From an uncultured Syntrophomonadaceae bacterium (GTDB taxonomy: Bacteria > Bacillota > Ch66 > Ch109), in contig CAZKWP010000002.1 of NCBI GenBank assembly GCA_964556555.1, positions 3,313 to 57,308 on the forward strand: 53,996 nucleotides of DNA. The letters run 5' to 3'. Below the pieces are notes generated by a model. The model ran no database searches. It was not told the DNA's origin and saw nothing but the letters and a program-made list of their open reading frames with translations. This document shows positions 33,140 to 42,399 of this stretch, piece by piece. The position numbers and the translations under genes are program-made. Positions within the stretch are counted from its first letter, which is position 1. The number at the start of each line of letters is the position of its first letter.

Positions 33140-34312
33140 ATGGAAGCTGCCAGAACCATTCAGCAATTACCACCCTATTTATTTGCCCGAATTGAAAAAC
33201 TGATCGCGGAAGCGAAAGCGCAAGGTAAAGATGTCATCAGCTTAGGGATAGGTGATCCGGATCGTCCTACCCCTCCCCATATCATTGCCAAGCTGATTGA
33301 AGAATCGCAAAACCCGGCTAACCACCAATACCCTTCTTCCGTTGGGATGTTAGAATATCGCCAGGCCGTCGCCGACTGGTACCTAGGCCGCTTTGGGGTC
33401 AGTCTGGACCCTAAAACCGAAGTCGTCTCCTTATTAGGTTCCAAGGAAGGGATCGCTCACATCAGTTTCTGTTACCTGAATCCGGGCGACCTGTGCCTGG
33501 TGCCCGATCCCGGGTACCCGGTTTACTCGATCGGAGCCATGCTGGCGAACGCTAATTCCTATCCCATGCCGCTGCTTCCGGAAAACAACTATCTGCCGGA
33601 CCTGAAAGCCATTCCCGAGGAAATCGCCCGCGAAGCGAAAATGATGTTTATCAACTACCCGAATAATCCGGTAGGAGCCACCGCTACCCTGGAATTTTTC
33701 GAAGAAGTGGTAGCTTTTGCCCGCAAGTACGACATCTTAGTCTGTCACGACGCGGCTTATACCGAAGTTTACTTTGACGGCAAAGCCCCCCTAAGTTTCC
33801 TCCAGGCCGAAGGCGCCAAAGAGGTGGGAATCGAATTCCACTCAGTTTCCAAAACCTACAACATGACCGGCTGGCGGGTCGGCTGGGCTGTAGGAAATCC
33901 GGAAGTAATCGACGTACTCGGCCGCTTTAAATCGAATGTCGACTCGGGCGTGTTCCAGGCGGTGCAGTACGCAGCAATTACCGCTTTGACCGCTTCTCAG
34001 GATTGTGTCGAAGAAATGCGGCAGGTATATCAAGCCCGGCGCGACGCAGTAATCGCCGGCCTCCGCAAAATGGGCTGGAAAATAACTCCCCCGCCGGCCA
34101 CCATCTATGTATGGGCGCCCGTACCTAAAGGTTTTACTTCAACCACTTTTGCCGAATTAGTCTTAGATAAAGCGGGTGTGGTAATTACCCCCGGCTTGGG
34201 CTACGGTGAACGCTCGGACGGGTATTTCCGTATTGCCCTGACCCAGGAAGTGGAACGCATCCAAGAAGCCCTGCAGCGGATGGAAACCTCTTTGGGCAAA
34301 CTTGAATTTTAA
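33140..34312 (+). CDS. dapL: LL-diaminopimelate aminotransferase (class I PLP aminotransferase, DapL-type)
   Basis: [19 protein letters not shown] and [15 protein letters not shown] (PLP Lys). 390 aa. It is adjacent to dapF. Confidence 0.8.
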   Translation: MEAARTIQQLPPYLFARIEKLIAEAKAQGKDVISLGIGDPDRPTPPHIIAKLIEESQNPANHQYPSSVGMLEYRQAVADWYLGRFGVSLDPKTEVVSLLGSKEGIAHISFCYLNPGDLCLVPDPGYPVYSIGAMLANANSYPMPLLPENNYLPDLKAIPEEIAREAKMMFINYPNNPVGATATLEFFEEVVAFARKYDILVCHDAAYTEVYFDGKAPLSFLQAEGAKEVGIEFHSVSKTYNMTGWRVGWAVGNPEVIDVLGRFKSNVDSGVFQAVQYAAITALTASQDCVEEMRQVYQARRDAVIAGLRKMGWKITPPPATIYVWAPVPKGFTSTTFAELVLDKAGVVITPGLGYGERSDGYFRIALTQEVERIQEALQRMETSLGKLEF

Positions 34313-34574
34313 TGGCTGCTGTTTTATCACCTCCGGCTGCTCATTCTAGTTTATTGCTTCTGGTCTGACCAGTCGGGTCAGGAACTGAAAAATGGACCAC
34401 AAATGCTCCCGTTAAGCGCCGCTGAAAATGGCCGCTTGTCGAGAGCATTTAAATTTCTTTAAGGTATGTCAATTCTCTTGCTTTGACTAGAAAACTATTT
34501 ATATGGCCAAGATTATCCATTATACTGATAGCAGAATAACTGCTCGGCTAAATCTGAAAAAGGGAGGCATGTCT

Positions 34575-36941
34575 ATGTTCAAGAAACCAAAGGGATTCTC
34601 GCTTGTCTGCGTCGTCACCGTCCTTATTTTGTCCTTCATCACTCCCGTAGCTTTCGCCTTAAATCCCCAACCCGAACCGCCCGCTCCCATCACGGTAATG
34701 ATTGATCAGACCCTGCTGCAAACTGACGTCAGCCCCATCATCGAAAACGGGCGCACCTTGGTGCCCCTGCGAGCCATCTTTGAAGCCCTGGGCGCGGAGG
34801 TCATCTGGAATCCGGACGACCGTAGCATCGAGGCCAAGAAAGGCAGTCTCTCCATCCAGCTGCAGATCGGCAATGTTTCGGCCCTGAAAAACGGGGTTCC
34901 GGTAACCATCGATGTCCCGCCAAGCATTGTCGACAACCGCACCCTGGTGCCGGTACGCTTCGTGAGTGAAGCACTGGGATCTGAGGTGGGCTGGGATGAA
35001 ACCAAAAGGCAGGTAAGTATTCGAACCTCAGGCGGGACGCAGAGCCCAAATCCGTCTGTTTTGGTGCCGTCGGTTTCAACGCTGCCCACTGTCACCACCC
35101 CCAGTGTAAACCGGCTGCGCATACTGGAAACACCAAATTTTGACCCCAAAAAGCCCTCCCTCCTGCTGTCAAACAACAAAACGGTTCCCTTAATGCCAAT
35201 CGGACCGGAAATCATCAAGGCCCCAGTCAGTTTCAAACCGAACTATCCTACTCCCGCAGCTGTAGCGGAACGGCTGAAGATCGTACCCCCGAAAGCCACG
35301 GTAGACTGGCGCCAGCACCAGACCTCCATCAAAGATCAGGACGGCCGCAACACCTGTGTGACTTACGCTGTGCTGGCGGCCATGGAAGCTTATTACAAAC
35401 GCCTCGACCCGGTCAAATACCAAAACATCGACCTCTCGGAACAGTACGGCCACTATTTGCAGAAGCTGGTGTTTTTGCAGGATGCTCCCCGAGACTCCTC
35501 TTTTAAATACGAGAATGCCGTAGGCCGCTGGGGTTACAGCGGCACCCTTTATGCCATGACTTTGTTTTCCAGACTGTACGGGGTACCGGAAGAAAAACTC
35601 CTGCCTTACATCGGTGGCGGGAGCTATGAAGCGACCTGGGAAAAAGACGACGACCCCTACCTTGATCCAGCGGACGTCTGGCTTTCCCAGTATAAAGTAG
35701 GCAATACCAATTTCCAGGAGAGCGATTTCCCGCAGTCCGCCCTGAATGGAGCTACTTATGGCATCACCAGCTTTGCCTTCATCCCCTGGGAAAATCGTAA
35801 GAACCTCGATTATTATCGGTCGGTGCTGGCGGCCGGTTTCGAAATCGCCTTCTCCGCGGCAATCATGACTCCGGATCCCAGCCCGGACGACGCGATCTGG
35901 CACCCAGGCACCAAGGAAGTCGGCGGCCACGCCATGCTCATGGTCGGTTACGATGACGACCGGGAGTGCTTCATCGTCAAGAATTCCTGGGGCAATGACA
36001 ATCCGCTGGAAAACGGCTACACCCTCTTCAGTTACGACTGGGTCACCTCCGGTTATGTCTTTGAGGCGGGCTATATTACTGGCGTCATCCAAAATCCCAC
36101 CCAATATACCCGCCCGGAACAAAGATTCTTAGGGCGCTGGAATCTCGATTATGACGGCTGGAAAGGCATTCTGGACATCTACCACATCCCTGGATTCTTC
36201 CAGAACGACTGGCCGCGCGACAGTGCCTTCGGCAGCAGCGACCAGCGGATCGGCACATTTTATGACCAAGAGTTTAAATCGTACCGCGTCAATGGCAGCA
36301 TCAAAGGCAACCGCATCGAATTCTATATCGACTTTGACAAGCCCAACCTGAAATACCACGAGCTCAGCGGCAAACCATTCTATGGTTACCTATTCGGCTG
36401 GGAACCCACTTTAATGGCTGGAAGCATGGCCAGCGACGGACAGCCCTATGGGTTCTACGCCACTAAAAAAGACTGGCTGAACGGGACCGGGGCAGCGGAG
36501 AGCGGGATCAAACCCACGGATTACTCCGGCACCTGGCAAATGAACCACGACGGCTGGAAAGGCACGTTAACCATCTACAGTGTGGATTCGACCACCAACA
36601 AAATCAAAGCTTCCTACAAGACCAGCAATGGCAAGGTCCTGCCAGTCAACGGTTACGTCACCGAAGGCCGGCGTCTGATGATGGATATTGCTTTTGACGA
36701 GAACAAGCCGCAGAACTTCAGCGGTCTGATTTTCTCCTGGGAGAAAGGCCTAATGGCCGGCAGCACACCCCAGGGCGGCAGCACCTACGGCTGGCTCGCC
36801 GTTCGCACCGGTCCGCCGCCGGTAATGAAAATCACGAAACCGGAAGACTTACCGGTGCTGGATCCGCCCAGCCTCAAGGAATTGACTCCGCAGCTGCCCG
36901 TCACACCCATAATCAAGCTGCCGCAGACGATAGTCCGGTAG
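34575..36941 (+). CDS. Secreted papain-family (C1) cysteine peptidase with an N-terminal copper-amine-oxidase-N-like stalk domain and two C-terminal beta-rich repeats
   Basis: Signal peptide MFKKPKGFSLVCVVTVLILSFITPVAFA. Cu_amine_oxidN1-like pattern (NGRTLVPLRAIFEALGAEV / DNRTLVPVRFVSEALGSEV). C1 motifs Q..(6)..C(VTYA), GGHAMLMVGYD and VKNSWG. Two repeats of about 110 aa sharing DGWKG.L.IY...F.WE..LMAGS. The ATG at 34575 lies 7 nt after AGGGAGG. Confidence 0.7.
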   Translation: MFKKPKGFSLVCVVTVLILSFITPVAFALNPQPEPPAPITVMIDQTLLQTDVSPIIENGRTLVPLRAIFEALGAEVIWNPDDRSIEAKKGSLSIQLQIGNVSALKNGVPVTIDVPPSIVDNRTLVPVRFVSEALGSEVGWDETKRQVSIRTSGGTQSPNPSVLVPSVSTLPTVTTPSVNRLRILETPNFDPKKPSLLLSNNKTVPLMPIGPEIIKAPVSFKPNYPTPAAVAERLKIVPPKATVDWRQHQTSIKDQDGRNTCVTYAVLAAMEAYYKRLDPVKYQNIDLSEQYGHYLQKLVFLQDAPRDSSFKYENAVGRWGYSGTLYAMTLFSRLYGVPEEKLLPYIGGGSYEATWEKDDDPYLDPADVWLSQYKVGNTNFQESDFPQSALNGATYGITSFAFIPWENRKNLDYYRSVLAAGFEIAFSAAIMTPDPSPDDAIWHPGTKEVGGHAMLMVGYDDDRECFIVKNSWGNDNPLENGYTLFSYDWVTSGYVFEAGYITGVIQNPTQYTRPEQRFLGRWNLDYDGWKGILDIYHIPGFFQNDWPRDSAFGSSDQRIGTFYDQEFKSYRVNGSIKGNRIEFYIDFDKPNLKYHELSGKPFYGYLFGWEPTLMAGSMASDGQPYGFYATKKDWLNGTGAAESGIKPTDYSGTWQMNHDGWKGTLTIYSVDSTTNKIKASYKTSNGKVLPVNGYVTEGRRLMMDIAFDENKPQNFSGLIFSWEKGLMAGSTPQGGSTYGWLAVRTGPPPVMKITKPEDLPVLDPPSLKELTPQLPVTPIIKLPQTIVR

Positions 36942-37060
36942 CTTCTGCCACAACAAATCTTGGAGGATATGATTTAAACGGCATGGCCTGGAATGAATCG
37001 TTTAGTTGATCCTGACGGGTTGGTGAAAAATTCAGCTTATAAATAACCCAACAAAGTCAT

Positions 37061-37109
37061 AGCCAGACTGTTAAAGGCATTTGTCAAGCAACAGTCTGGC
37101 TTTGATTTT
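37061..37109. terminator. Terminator hairpin between the convergent peptidase and NTPase genes
   Basis: AGCCAGACTGTT-17 nt-AACAGTCTGGCT followed by TTGATTTTC. Confidence 0.6.
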
Positions 37110-37203
37110 CCATCAACAATCAATGAATTCGTTCAGTAATCTTTAACAATAATAAGACGGTAAACGAAAAATACTTTTCTCAGGCTGCCGGAATGTCTAA
37201 ATG

Positions 37204-37737
37204 TCAAATGCCAATGAGTCTCTGAGCCAGTTGCTGGGCTAATATTTGAGGCAGAAGATCCCGGTTTTCCGGGGTAACCGTGCGAAGCTCCACTTTTGGA
37301 TGATTTCTGATTCGATCAGTCCAACCTTTGCTGGCCAGTTTTACAACCCCTAAAACTGGTGTGCTGCCATTCAGCGTATCGATAACTTCCTGATGAAAAA
37401 CCAGGGCGTCCCGCTCCAGGCCGCCGCACTCATCCATCAAAATCAAGCCGGAACTGGTTCTGGCGGACCTGATCAGTTCAACACCGCAAATGTCAAACTT
37501 CTGCGTAAAGACCTGGGTTGGACGTCCTCCGGCAAAACGCGCAACCGCATTTTCTTCCCGGAAAATCTTTGGCTTGGCGAAAGAATTCATATACAGCATT
37601 CTATCGGGTGCGTCTCGGTCCGGGCCGAAGTAGGTTTTAAAGCCTCCGATGGTTATCTTCAACAGAGAAAGAGTTTTGGCAATTACCGTGCTTTTCCCAA
37701 CTTGTATTTCACCAGTTAGAAAAATATGCATCTGCAT
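37204..37737 (-). CDS. THEP1/NTPase-family P-loop nucleoside triphosphatase
   Basis: MQMHIFLTGEIQVGKST (Walker A) and LILMDECGGLE (Walker B-like). 177 aa. ATG follows AAAGGAGAT. Confidence 0.6.
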   Translation of the reverse strand: MQMHIFLTGEIQVGKSTVIAKTLSLLKITIGGFKTYFGPDRDAPDRMLYMNSFAKPKIFREENAVARFAGGRPTQVFTQKFDICGVELIRSARTSSGLILMDECGGLERDALVFHQEVIDTLNGSTPVLGVVKLASKGWTDRIRNHPKVELRTVTPENRDLLPQILAQQLAQRLIGI

Positions 37738-37909
37738 ACAGATCTCCTTTGATTTCGAATATTCCCGCTGTTTCATGTTTCATAGATTTATTGTCAACGT
37801 AAAACCGGGCACTTTACGTCATTTTAGGCAATATGGACCGGAAACTTCAACAGTTTTGTAAAGAAGGTGATCGTCATTCTATGTTCTTTCGAATTCTCAG
37901 TAAGGTCAA

Positions 37910-38638
37910 TCAAATAATGTACAGCCACAGCAGGCTTGCGCTGGCCAACACTACCCCGGTCTGCCAACAGTAATCTAGTTTCTTTAATCTTAATTTTCGC
38001 ATATAAGTTCTCTGCGGCAAGGCCCGAAAAGCCCGCGCTTCCATGGCTACAGCCATTTGTTCGGCCCGGTGGATTGCTCCGGAAATAATCGGCAGCATAA
38101 TAAGCGTATAGAGCTTCAGTTTTTGAACGACAGAAATTTTTTGCAGCTCGGTTCCCCGCATCTGCGCCGCATAATATACATTCAGGGCCTCTTCCCGTAA
38201 AAGAGGCAAAAAATGCAGGCCAACCATAACCATGAAAGCTATTTCATAAGGAATCCTCCATTGCACCAGGGCCAGCAAAAAATCCCGTTCCTGGCTGCTG
38301 AGCAGAACCATGGCTGAAATGATAATTATTATAACCCGCAACATTACCGCCAGCCCCATGTTCAATCCCACGTCGGTAATTATTTTGATCCCGTATACGG
38401 TCAGCAATGGCACTCCCGCTCTTGTAAATATACACTGCACCAAAAAAAGCACTGCCAGCAGGGGCAGTATTTTGCGCAGAGTCTGGCTGGCCCTTTTTAG
38501 GTCCGAGCCCACCAAATACAGCATCAGGATACTGAACAGAAGCAAAAACACCAGCCAGAGCGGCTTCTGATATACCACGGCCAGCGCAGAAATACAGATG
38601 ACCATCAGCAGTTTACTGCGGAGATCAAGGTCTCGCAC
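37910..38638 (-). CDS. ECF transporter transmembrane (T) component, EcfT/CbiQ family
   Basis: Multi-TM protein with the MAVAMEARAFR coupling-helix motif typical of EcfT. GTG at 38638 lies 6 nt after GGGGGAG. It overlaps the upstream ATPase gene by 34 nt. Confidence 0.75.
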   Translation of the reverse strand: MRDLDLRSKLLMVICISALAVVYQKPLWLVFLLLFSILMLYLVGSDLKRASQTLRKILPLLAVLFLVQCIFTRAGVPLLTVYGIKIITDVGLNMGLAVMLRVIIIIISAMVLLSSQERDFLLALVQWRIPYEIAFMVMVGLHFLPLLREEALNVYYAAQMRGTELQKISVVQKLKLYTLIMLPIISGAIHRAEQMAVAMEARAFRALPQRTYMRKLRLKKLDYCWQTGVVLASASLLWLYII

Positions 38639-39318
38639 CGCTTTCTCCCCCTTTGATCCTCGATTGCCCGGCCATCCTCCAGACGGATGACCCAATCTGC
38701 ATAGGTTTCAATAAATTTAGTCTGATGGCTTACGAAAATCACTCCGTACCCGTCTGCTTTAATCCTCAGCAGATAATCTCCCAAAAGCTCGCGCCGATAG
38801 GGATCTAAGCCGGCAGTAGGTTCATCCAAAATTACATAACGCGGGTGCGCAGCCAAAATTGCAGCAAGCATCAAGCGCTGTTTTTCTCCCTGGCTCAGGT
38901 TCTGGGGGAAATTTTTGCGATAGCCGGACAGTTCAAAGTAATCCAGGTAATAATTTATCCGACTCTCTATTTCTTCCTGGCTCAATCCCATATTGGTCAG
39001 TCCATACGCAACTTCATTCTCAACGCTCGTACAAAAAAGCTGCTGCGAAGGGTTTTGAAAAACATAGCCGATCTGGCGGCCAATTTCCGCCAGACTCATT
39101 TTACGGATATCGTTTCCGCCCAGGCAGACACACCCCGTGCTGGGCCTTAAGATGCCCACCAAAAGCTTAGTCAGGGTCGTCTTGCCGCAGCCATTGTCTC
39201 CAACTAGGGCGACGATTTCTCCGGGCTTAAAACATAGATTTATCTTCTGCATTACCGCTTGTCGGTTCCCCGGGTAGGTATAACCGAGATTTTCCGTCTC
39301 CAAGAACATATTTCCCAC
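38605..39318 (-). CDS. ECF transporter ATPase component (EcfA-type ABC ATPase)
   Basis: Walker A GDNGCGKTT, signature LSQGEKQR and Walker B YVILDEPTAGLD. The start is GTG 39318 or ATG 39309. Confidence 0.8.
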   Translation of the reverse strand: MGNMFLETENLGYTYPGNRQAVMQKINLCFKPGEIVALVGDNGCGKTTLTKLLVGILRPSTGCVCLGGNDIRKMSLAEIGRQIGYVFQNPSQQLFCTSVENEVAYGLTNMGLSQEEIESRINYYLDYFELSGYRKNFPQNLSQGEKQRLMLAAILAAHPRYVILDEPTAGLDPYRRELLGDYLLRIKADGYGVIFVSHQTKFIETYADWVIRLEDGRAIEDQRGRKRCETLISAVNC

Positions 39319-39367
39319 TTCTTCCCGGTTGATTAATTGGCGGCTGCCAGCATACCAGCATTGGGAC

Positions 39368-40831
39368 TTATTGACAAATTTGGCGGCTAGACATCGGTTT
39401 TTGCTCCTTTAAAATCGCGTAACGATCGATTTCCTTCACCAGTCCATCGCCTTCCCGGTCATAGGCGTATGCCTGGTACACAAGTCGATTCCCCTCAATT
39501 TTAATTCCGGCAAAAACCGGTTCATCGTTGTCGTCCGGCTCATAGACCGCTTCCGGATAAACCTGGACCGTACTGGATATTTTTCGCGACCCAAACTGGC
39601 TGCCGCTAACGTTGGGGATTATATAGGTCGTACCGGGCGGATTCACCGTAAAATCAATTTTTTCGCCCGCAAAATTCTCGATGCTGCGCTTAGGCTTTTC
39701 AGGCAGCGGGACTACCATCCCGGCTGCTGATTTTGCCAGCACCGCCGAACGCATGTAAACATGGTCATGGCCCTGTAAAACGAGATCAATGCCCAGATCG
39801 CTGATAAGCGGCGCTAACTGAGCGCGCAGGGCAATGATGTCTTCACTGTCCATATGTCGTCCAAAGCTGTAAATGCCTCGGTGCATCAGCAGTATTTTCC
39901 ATTCTATCCCCTGCCGGTCAGCCAGAGCCGCGGTGTTTTTCAACCATTCAACTTGCCGCCCGCTTATTTTTCCATCGCCATTCTGGTAGCCTTCATTCGT
40001 GTTCAACACGAGGAAACAGGTATTCCCGTAATTTACGGCATAATAAGCTCCCGTATCTGTATCGGCGCCGACTGGCGTCAGTTTGTCCAAGGCAAAATGG
40101 CTGCTAAAAACCTCCCGGGTCTGATCATGATTTCCCGCAACCGGTAGAATGGTGGTATTCATTAGTTCCGTTTGGGCAGCCGCAAAAAAATTCTGCCACT
40201 CCGCAAAATTCTCAAAGCTGCCTTCGCTGCTGTAGCTTTGGACAAAATCCCCCAGATAAATCAGGAAATCGGCCTCTGGTACGGTTTGCATTGCCATACG
40301 CAGCGTCTGCGCGCTCAGCCTATAATCCGGCTCATCTACTCCCTGGCTGTCCGCCAGAATAACAAAATCGAAGTCCGCCTCCGGGGGAGCGGTATGAAAG
40401 GTCCCCTTTGCGCTCCAGACCCCCCGTTCAGCATCGCCTACTTTATAGGCATAAGTGGTATCGGCCTTAAGATCCGCAAGGGTTAAACGATGTACGACAA
40501 CCTGCTTTACGAGCGGTTTTCTGCCGGTATACCGTTTTACCGCAGCGCTTTTTCCCTGATAAAGCCTGGCCTTGCTAATAACATTTGCCTCGTTTATATT
40601 TACCTCGATTATCTTATCTTCGGCTATGTCTTCTTCGGCCAGGAGCAGATCGCTGGCGCATTGCGCGTCCGTATACCAGGTAAAACCTCGGCTGCTTTGC
40701 CCATCACCGTTAAAAGTAACACTGATACAGTACGGGACAAAACGTCCACTGCCCGATCCATAAGCAGGGTTTAACGAAAATATAAAAACAATCATCAGGA
40801 TGATGGCAATGGTTTTTAAACCGCGAAACAT
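39368..40831 (-). CDS. Secreted calcineurin-like metallophosphoesterase with a purple-acid-phosphatase-type N-terminal domain
   Basis: Signal peptide MFRGLKTIAIILMIVFIFSLNPAYG. The N-terminal FN3-like part has FTWYTD...YAYKVGD...GTFHTAP. Metal motifs: ILADSQG, LGDFV, AGNHD, LMHRG and QGHDHVY. ATG at 40831 follows GGGAGGGTG. Confidence 0.75.
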   Translation of the reverse strand: MFRGLKTIAIILMIVFIFSLNPAYGSGSGRFVPYCISVTFNGDGQSSRGFTWYTDAQCASDLLLAEEDIAEDKIIEVNINEANVISKARLYQGKSAAVKRYTGRKPLVKQVVVHRLTLADLKADTTYAYKVGDAERGVWSAKGTFHTAPPEADFDFVILADSQGVDEPDYRLSAQTLRMAMQTVPEADFLIYLGDFVQSYSSEGSFENFAEWQNFFAAAQTELMNTTILPVAGNHDQTREVFSSHFALDKLTPVGADTDTGAYYAVNYGNTCFLVLNTNEGYQNGDGKISGRQVEWLKNTAALADRQGIEWKILLMHRGIYSFGRHMDSEDIIALRAQLAPLISDLGIDLVLQGHDHVYMRSAVLAKSAAGMVVPLPEKPKRSIENFAGEKIDFTVNPPGTTYIIPNVSGSQFGSRKISSTVQVYPEAVYEPDDNDEPVFAGIKIEGNRLVYQAYAYDREGDGLVKEIDRYAILKEQKPMSSRQICQ

Positions 40832-40951
40832 CTTACACCCTCCCACCTTACACTCTGGTACCCCGAATTGTTAATAAGGGAAAACGCCAGCTAATAGCCG
40901 GAGTTTCCTGACTTATCGATACTGTTGCCGGAGGCAGCGGCCACCTGCCAG

Positions 40952-41050
40952 GCGCGGCATTTATCCGCTGGCTCCTTGGGCATTAAAGCGTAAGCCATTC
41001 CAATCAGCTGACGGTCAACTGACAAGCGCGGTTTTTATCCGCTGGCTTCC
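40952..41050. repeat. Two copies of a ~25-nt hairpin-forming direct repeat in the intra-operon spacer
   Basis: GCGCGGCATTTATCCGCTGGCTCC at 40952-40975 and GCGCGGTTTTTATCCGCTGGCTTCC at 41026-41050. Each can fold on the minus strand (GCGG..CCGC core). Confidence 0.7.
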
Positions 41051-41057
41051 TAAAAAA

Positions 41058-41798
41058 TCAGCCAAGATACAATCGGTGCCGCTGCAAAAATTTCGTATCT
41101 GCCAGCACCGCCGCCGGACTGTCCAGGCGGATCATTTCACCCTTTTCCATAACCATAAATATGTCCGCAAAATCAACGTTCTCCACATCATGCTCAACGA
41201 TAATCAGCGTTTTCCCCTCTTTACGCAAAGAAAACAGGATCTCGCGCACGAGACGCCGTCCTTTTTCATCCAGCTGGGCCATCGGCTCATCCAAAACCAG
41301 GATCGAGGGCTTAAGGGCCAAAACTGCACCGAGTGACAGCAGCTTTTTTTGCCCCCCGGAAAGTACGGTTGGATTTTTAAAGCGCAAATGATTGAGGCCC
41401 AGCAGATTAAGAATCCCTTCGACGCTTTCCCTTATCTCCTGTGGCGGCCGGCAAAGATTTTCCGGGGCAAAGGCAATTTCATCCTCCACCGTAGTGGTCA
41501 CCAGCTGAACATCCGGATCCTGAAAAACCAGCCCTATTTCCCCGGCCAGTTGGGGCAGTTTGTACGCGGTCGTCTCCCGGCCCTGAATCAAAACCCGTCC
41601 CTTCATATTCCCGCCCAGCACATGCGGCGCGATCCCGCAGAGACACCGGCACAGTGTCGTTTTGCCACAGCCGCTGAGACCGATTATCCCCACAGTTTCA
41701 CCGGCCTCTATAGAAAAATTAATCCCTTTTAATGCGGGCAACGCGGGCTGACCGCCTGGATAGACGTAACCTAAGTCTTCTGCCTTCACCGCCAGCAT
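41058..41798 (-). CDS. ECF transporter ATPase component (EcfA-type ABC ATPase)
   Basis: Walker A GLSGCGKTT, signature LSGGQKK and Walker B ILVLDEPMAQLD. Its ATG overlaps the upstream stop codon (TAATG). Confidence 0.8.
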   Translation of the reverse strand: MLAVKAEDLGYVYPGGQPALPALKGINFSIEAGETVGIIGLSGCGKTTLCRCLCGIAPHVLGGNMKGRVLIQGRETTAYKLPQLAGEIGLVFQDPDVQLVTTTVEDEIAFAPENLCRPPQEIRESVEGILNLLGLNHLRFKNPTVLSGGQKKLLSLGAVLALKPSILVLDEPMAQLDEKGRRLVREILFSLRKEGKTLIIVEHDVENVDFADIFMVMEKGEMIRLDSPAAVLADTKFLQRHRLYLG

Positions 41799-42340
41799 TA
41801 CTTAATCTCCAGTTCGTTAAGATATTTAGTCATCCGGTTGCCAAAGGGATCTGCCGCCAGGATCAGTCTAAAGGGTCCCAGTCCGCCCTCGGCCTTGCTT
41901 TTCAATAATTCGCCGTTCCGCTCATAAGCAATCAGCACCGCATCGGAAGCGATGATTTCCTTTGGGGTCAAAGCCGAAGTAAATCCATCCTCCGCCCGCG
42001 CCAGCACCTGTTCCGCATTCTGCAGCAGCTTTGGATCAGCCAGATCCAGCACATCCCTCATCGACGCTCCTCCCCAGACCTCCGTAGATTTACCCTCACT
42101 GGCCGAATGGATGGTCACCTTTTTCTCCACTTTGGGCAGAGCCTGGATATCATGTAAGGTCAACACCGCGATAACCTCTCCCTGGCTTTTAATGCCGATC
42201 ATTCCCGATCTAATCGACTCCTGGGGACGATTCAGAAAAGCCAGAAACAGGATTCCGACTGCCAAAATTAAGAGAACAATTGCGATAACCCCATATATTT
42301 TTTTATTTTTATTCCTTTGTTGGCGAGCAATCTCACTCAT
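41798..42340 (-). CDS. Membrane-anchored extracytoplasmic protein with one Cys-less SUOX/YedY-like (molybdopterin-oxidoreductase-fold) domain
   Basis: One N-terminal TM segment (IYGVIAIVLLILAVGILFLAFL). The domain pattern is W.G.S.RDVLDL...V.A.AEDGF...LIAYERNGELL....GLGPFRLI....N...KYL..LEI. No candidate Mo-ligand Cys is present. Confidence 0.55.
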   Translation of the reverse strand: MSEIARQQRNKNKKIYGVIAIVLLILAVGILFLAFLNRPQESIRSGMIGIKSQGEVIAVLTLHDIQALPKVEKKVTIHSASEGKSTEVWGGASMRDVLDLADPKLLQNAEQVLARAEDGFTSALTPKEIIASDAVLIAYERNGELLKSKAEGGLGPFRLILAADPFGNRMTKYLNELEIK

Positions 42341-42399
42341 TGCCGGCTCACCCCCCCTTTACGCAGTCGTTTTCCTTCCAGAGCTCCTCCTCCCGGGCT

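Noticed and set aside
34503-34574. The upstream extension of the peptidase ORF (MAKIIHYTDSRITARLNLKKGGMS...)
   Set aside because: The strong RBS AGGGAGG lies inside this extension, directly before the Met that begins a canonical signal peptide. The extension has no RBS of its own.
35190-36122. A 310-aa minus-strand ORF antisense to the C1 peptidase gene. Similar long antisense or overlapping ORFs occur at 710-1345, 3917-4465, 5022-5621, 7529-7915, 10279-10704, 12244-12774, 17657-18115, 22421-22960, 25525-25887, 34706-35236, 41952-42461 and 49358-49870.
   Set aside because: Each lies fully inside a strongly supported gene on the other strand or in another frame. Their composition is Arg/Gly/Pro-rich or otherwise biased, as is typical of shadow ORFs, and none has a recognisable motif.
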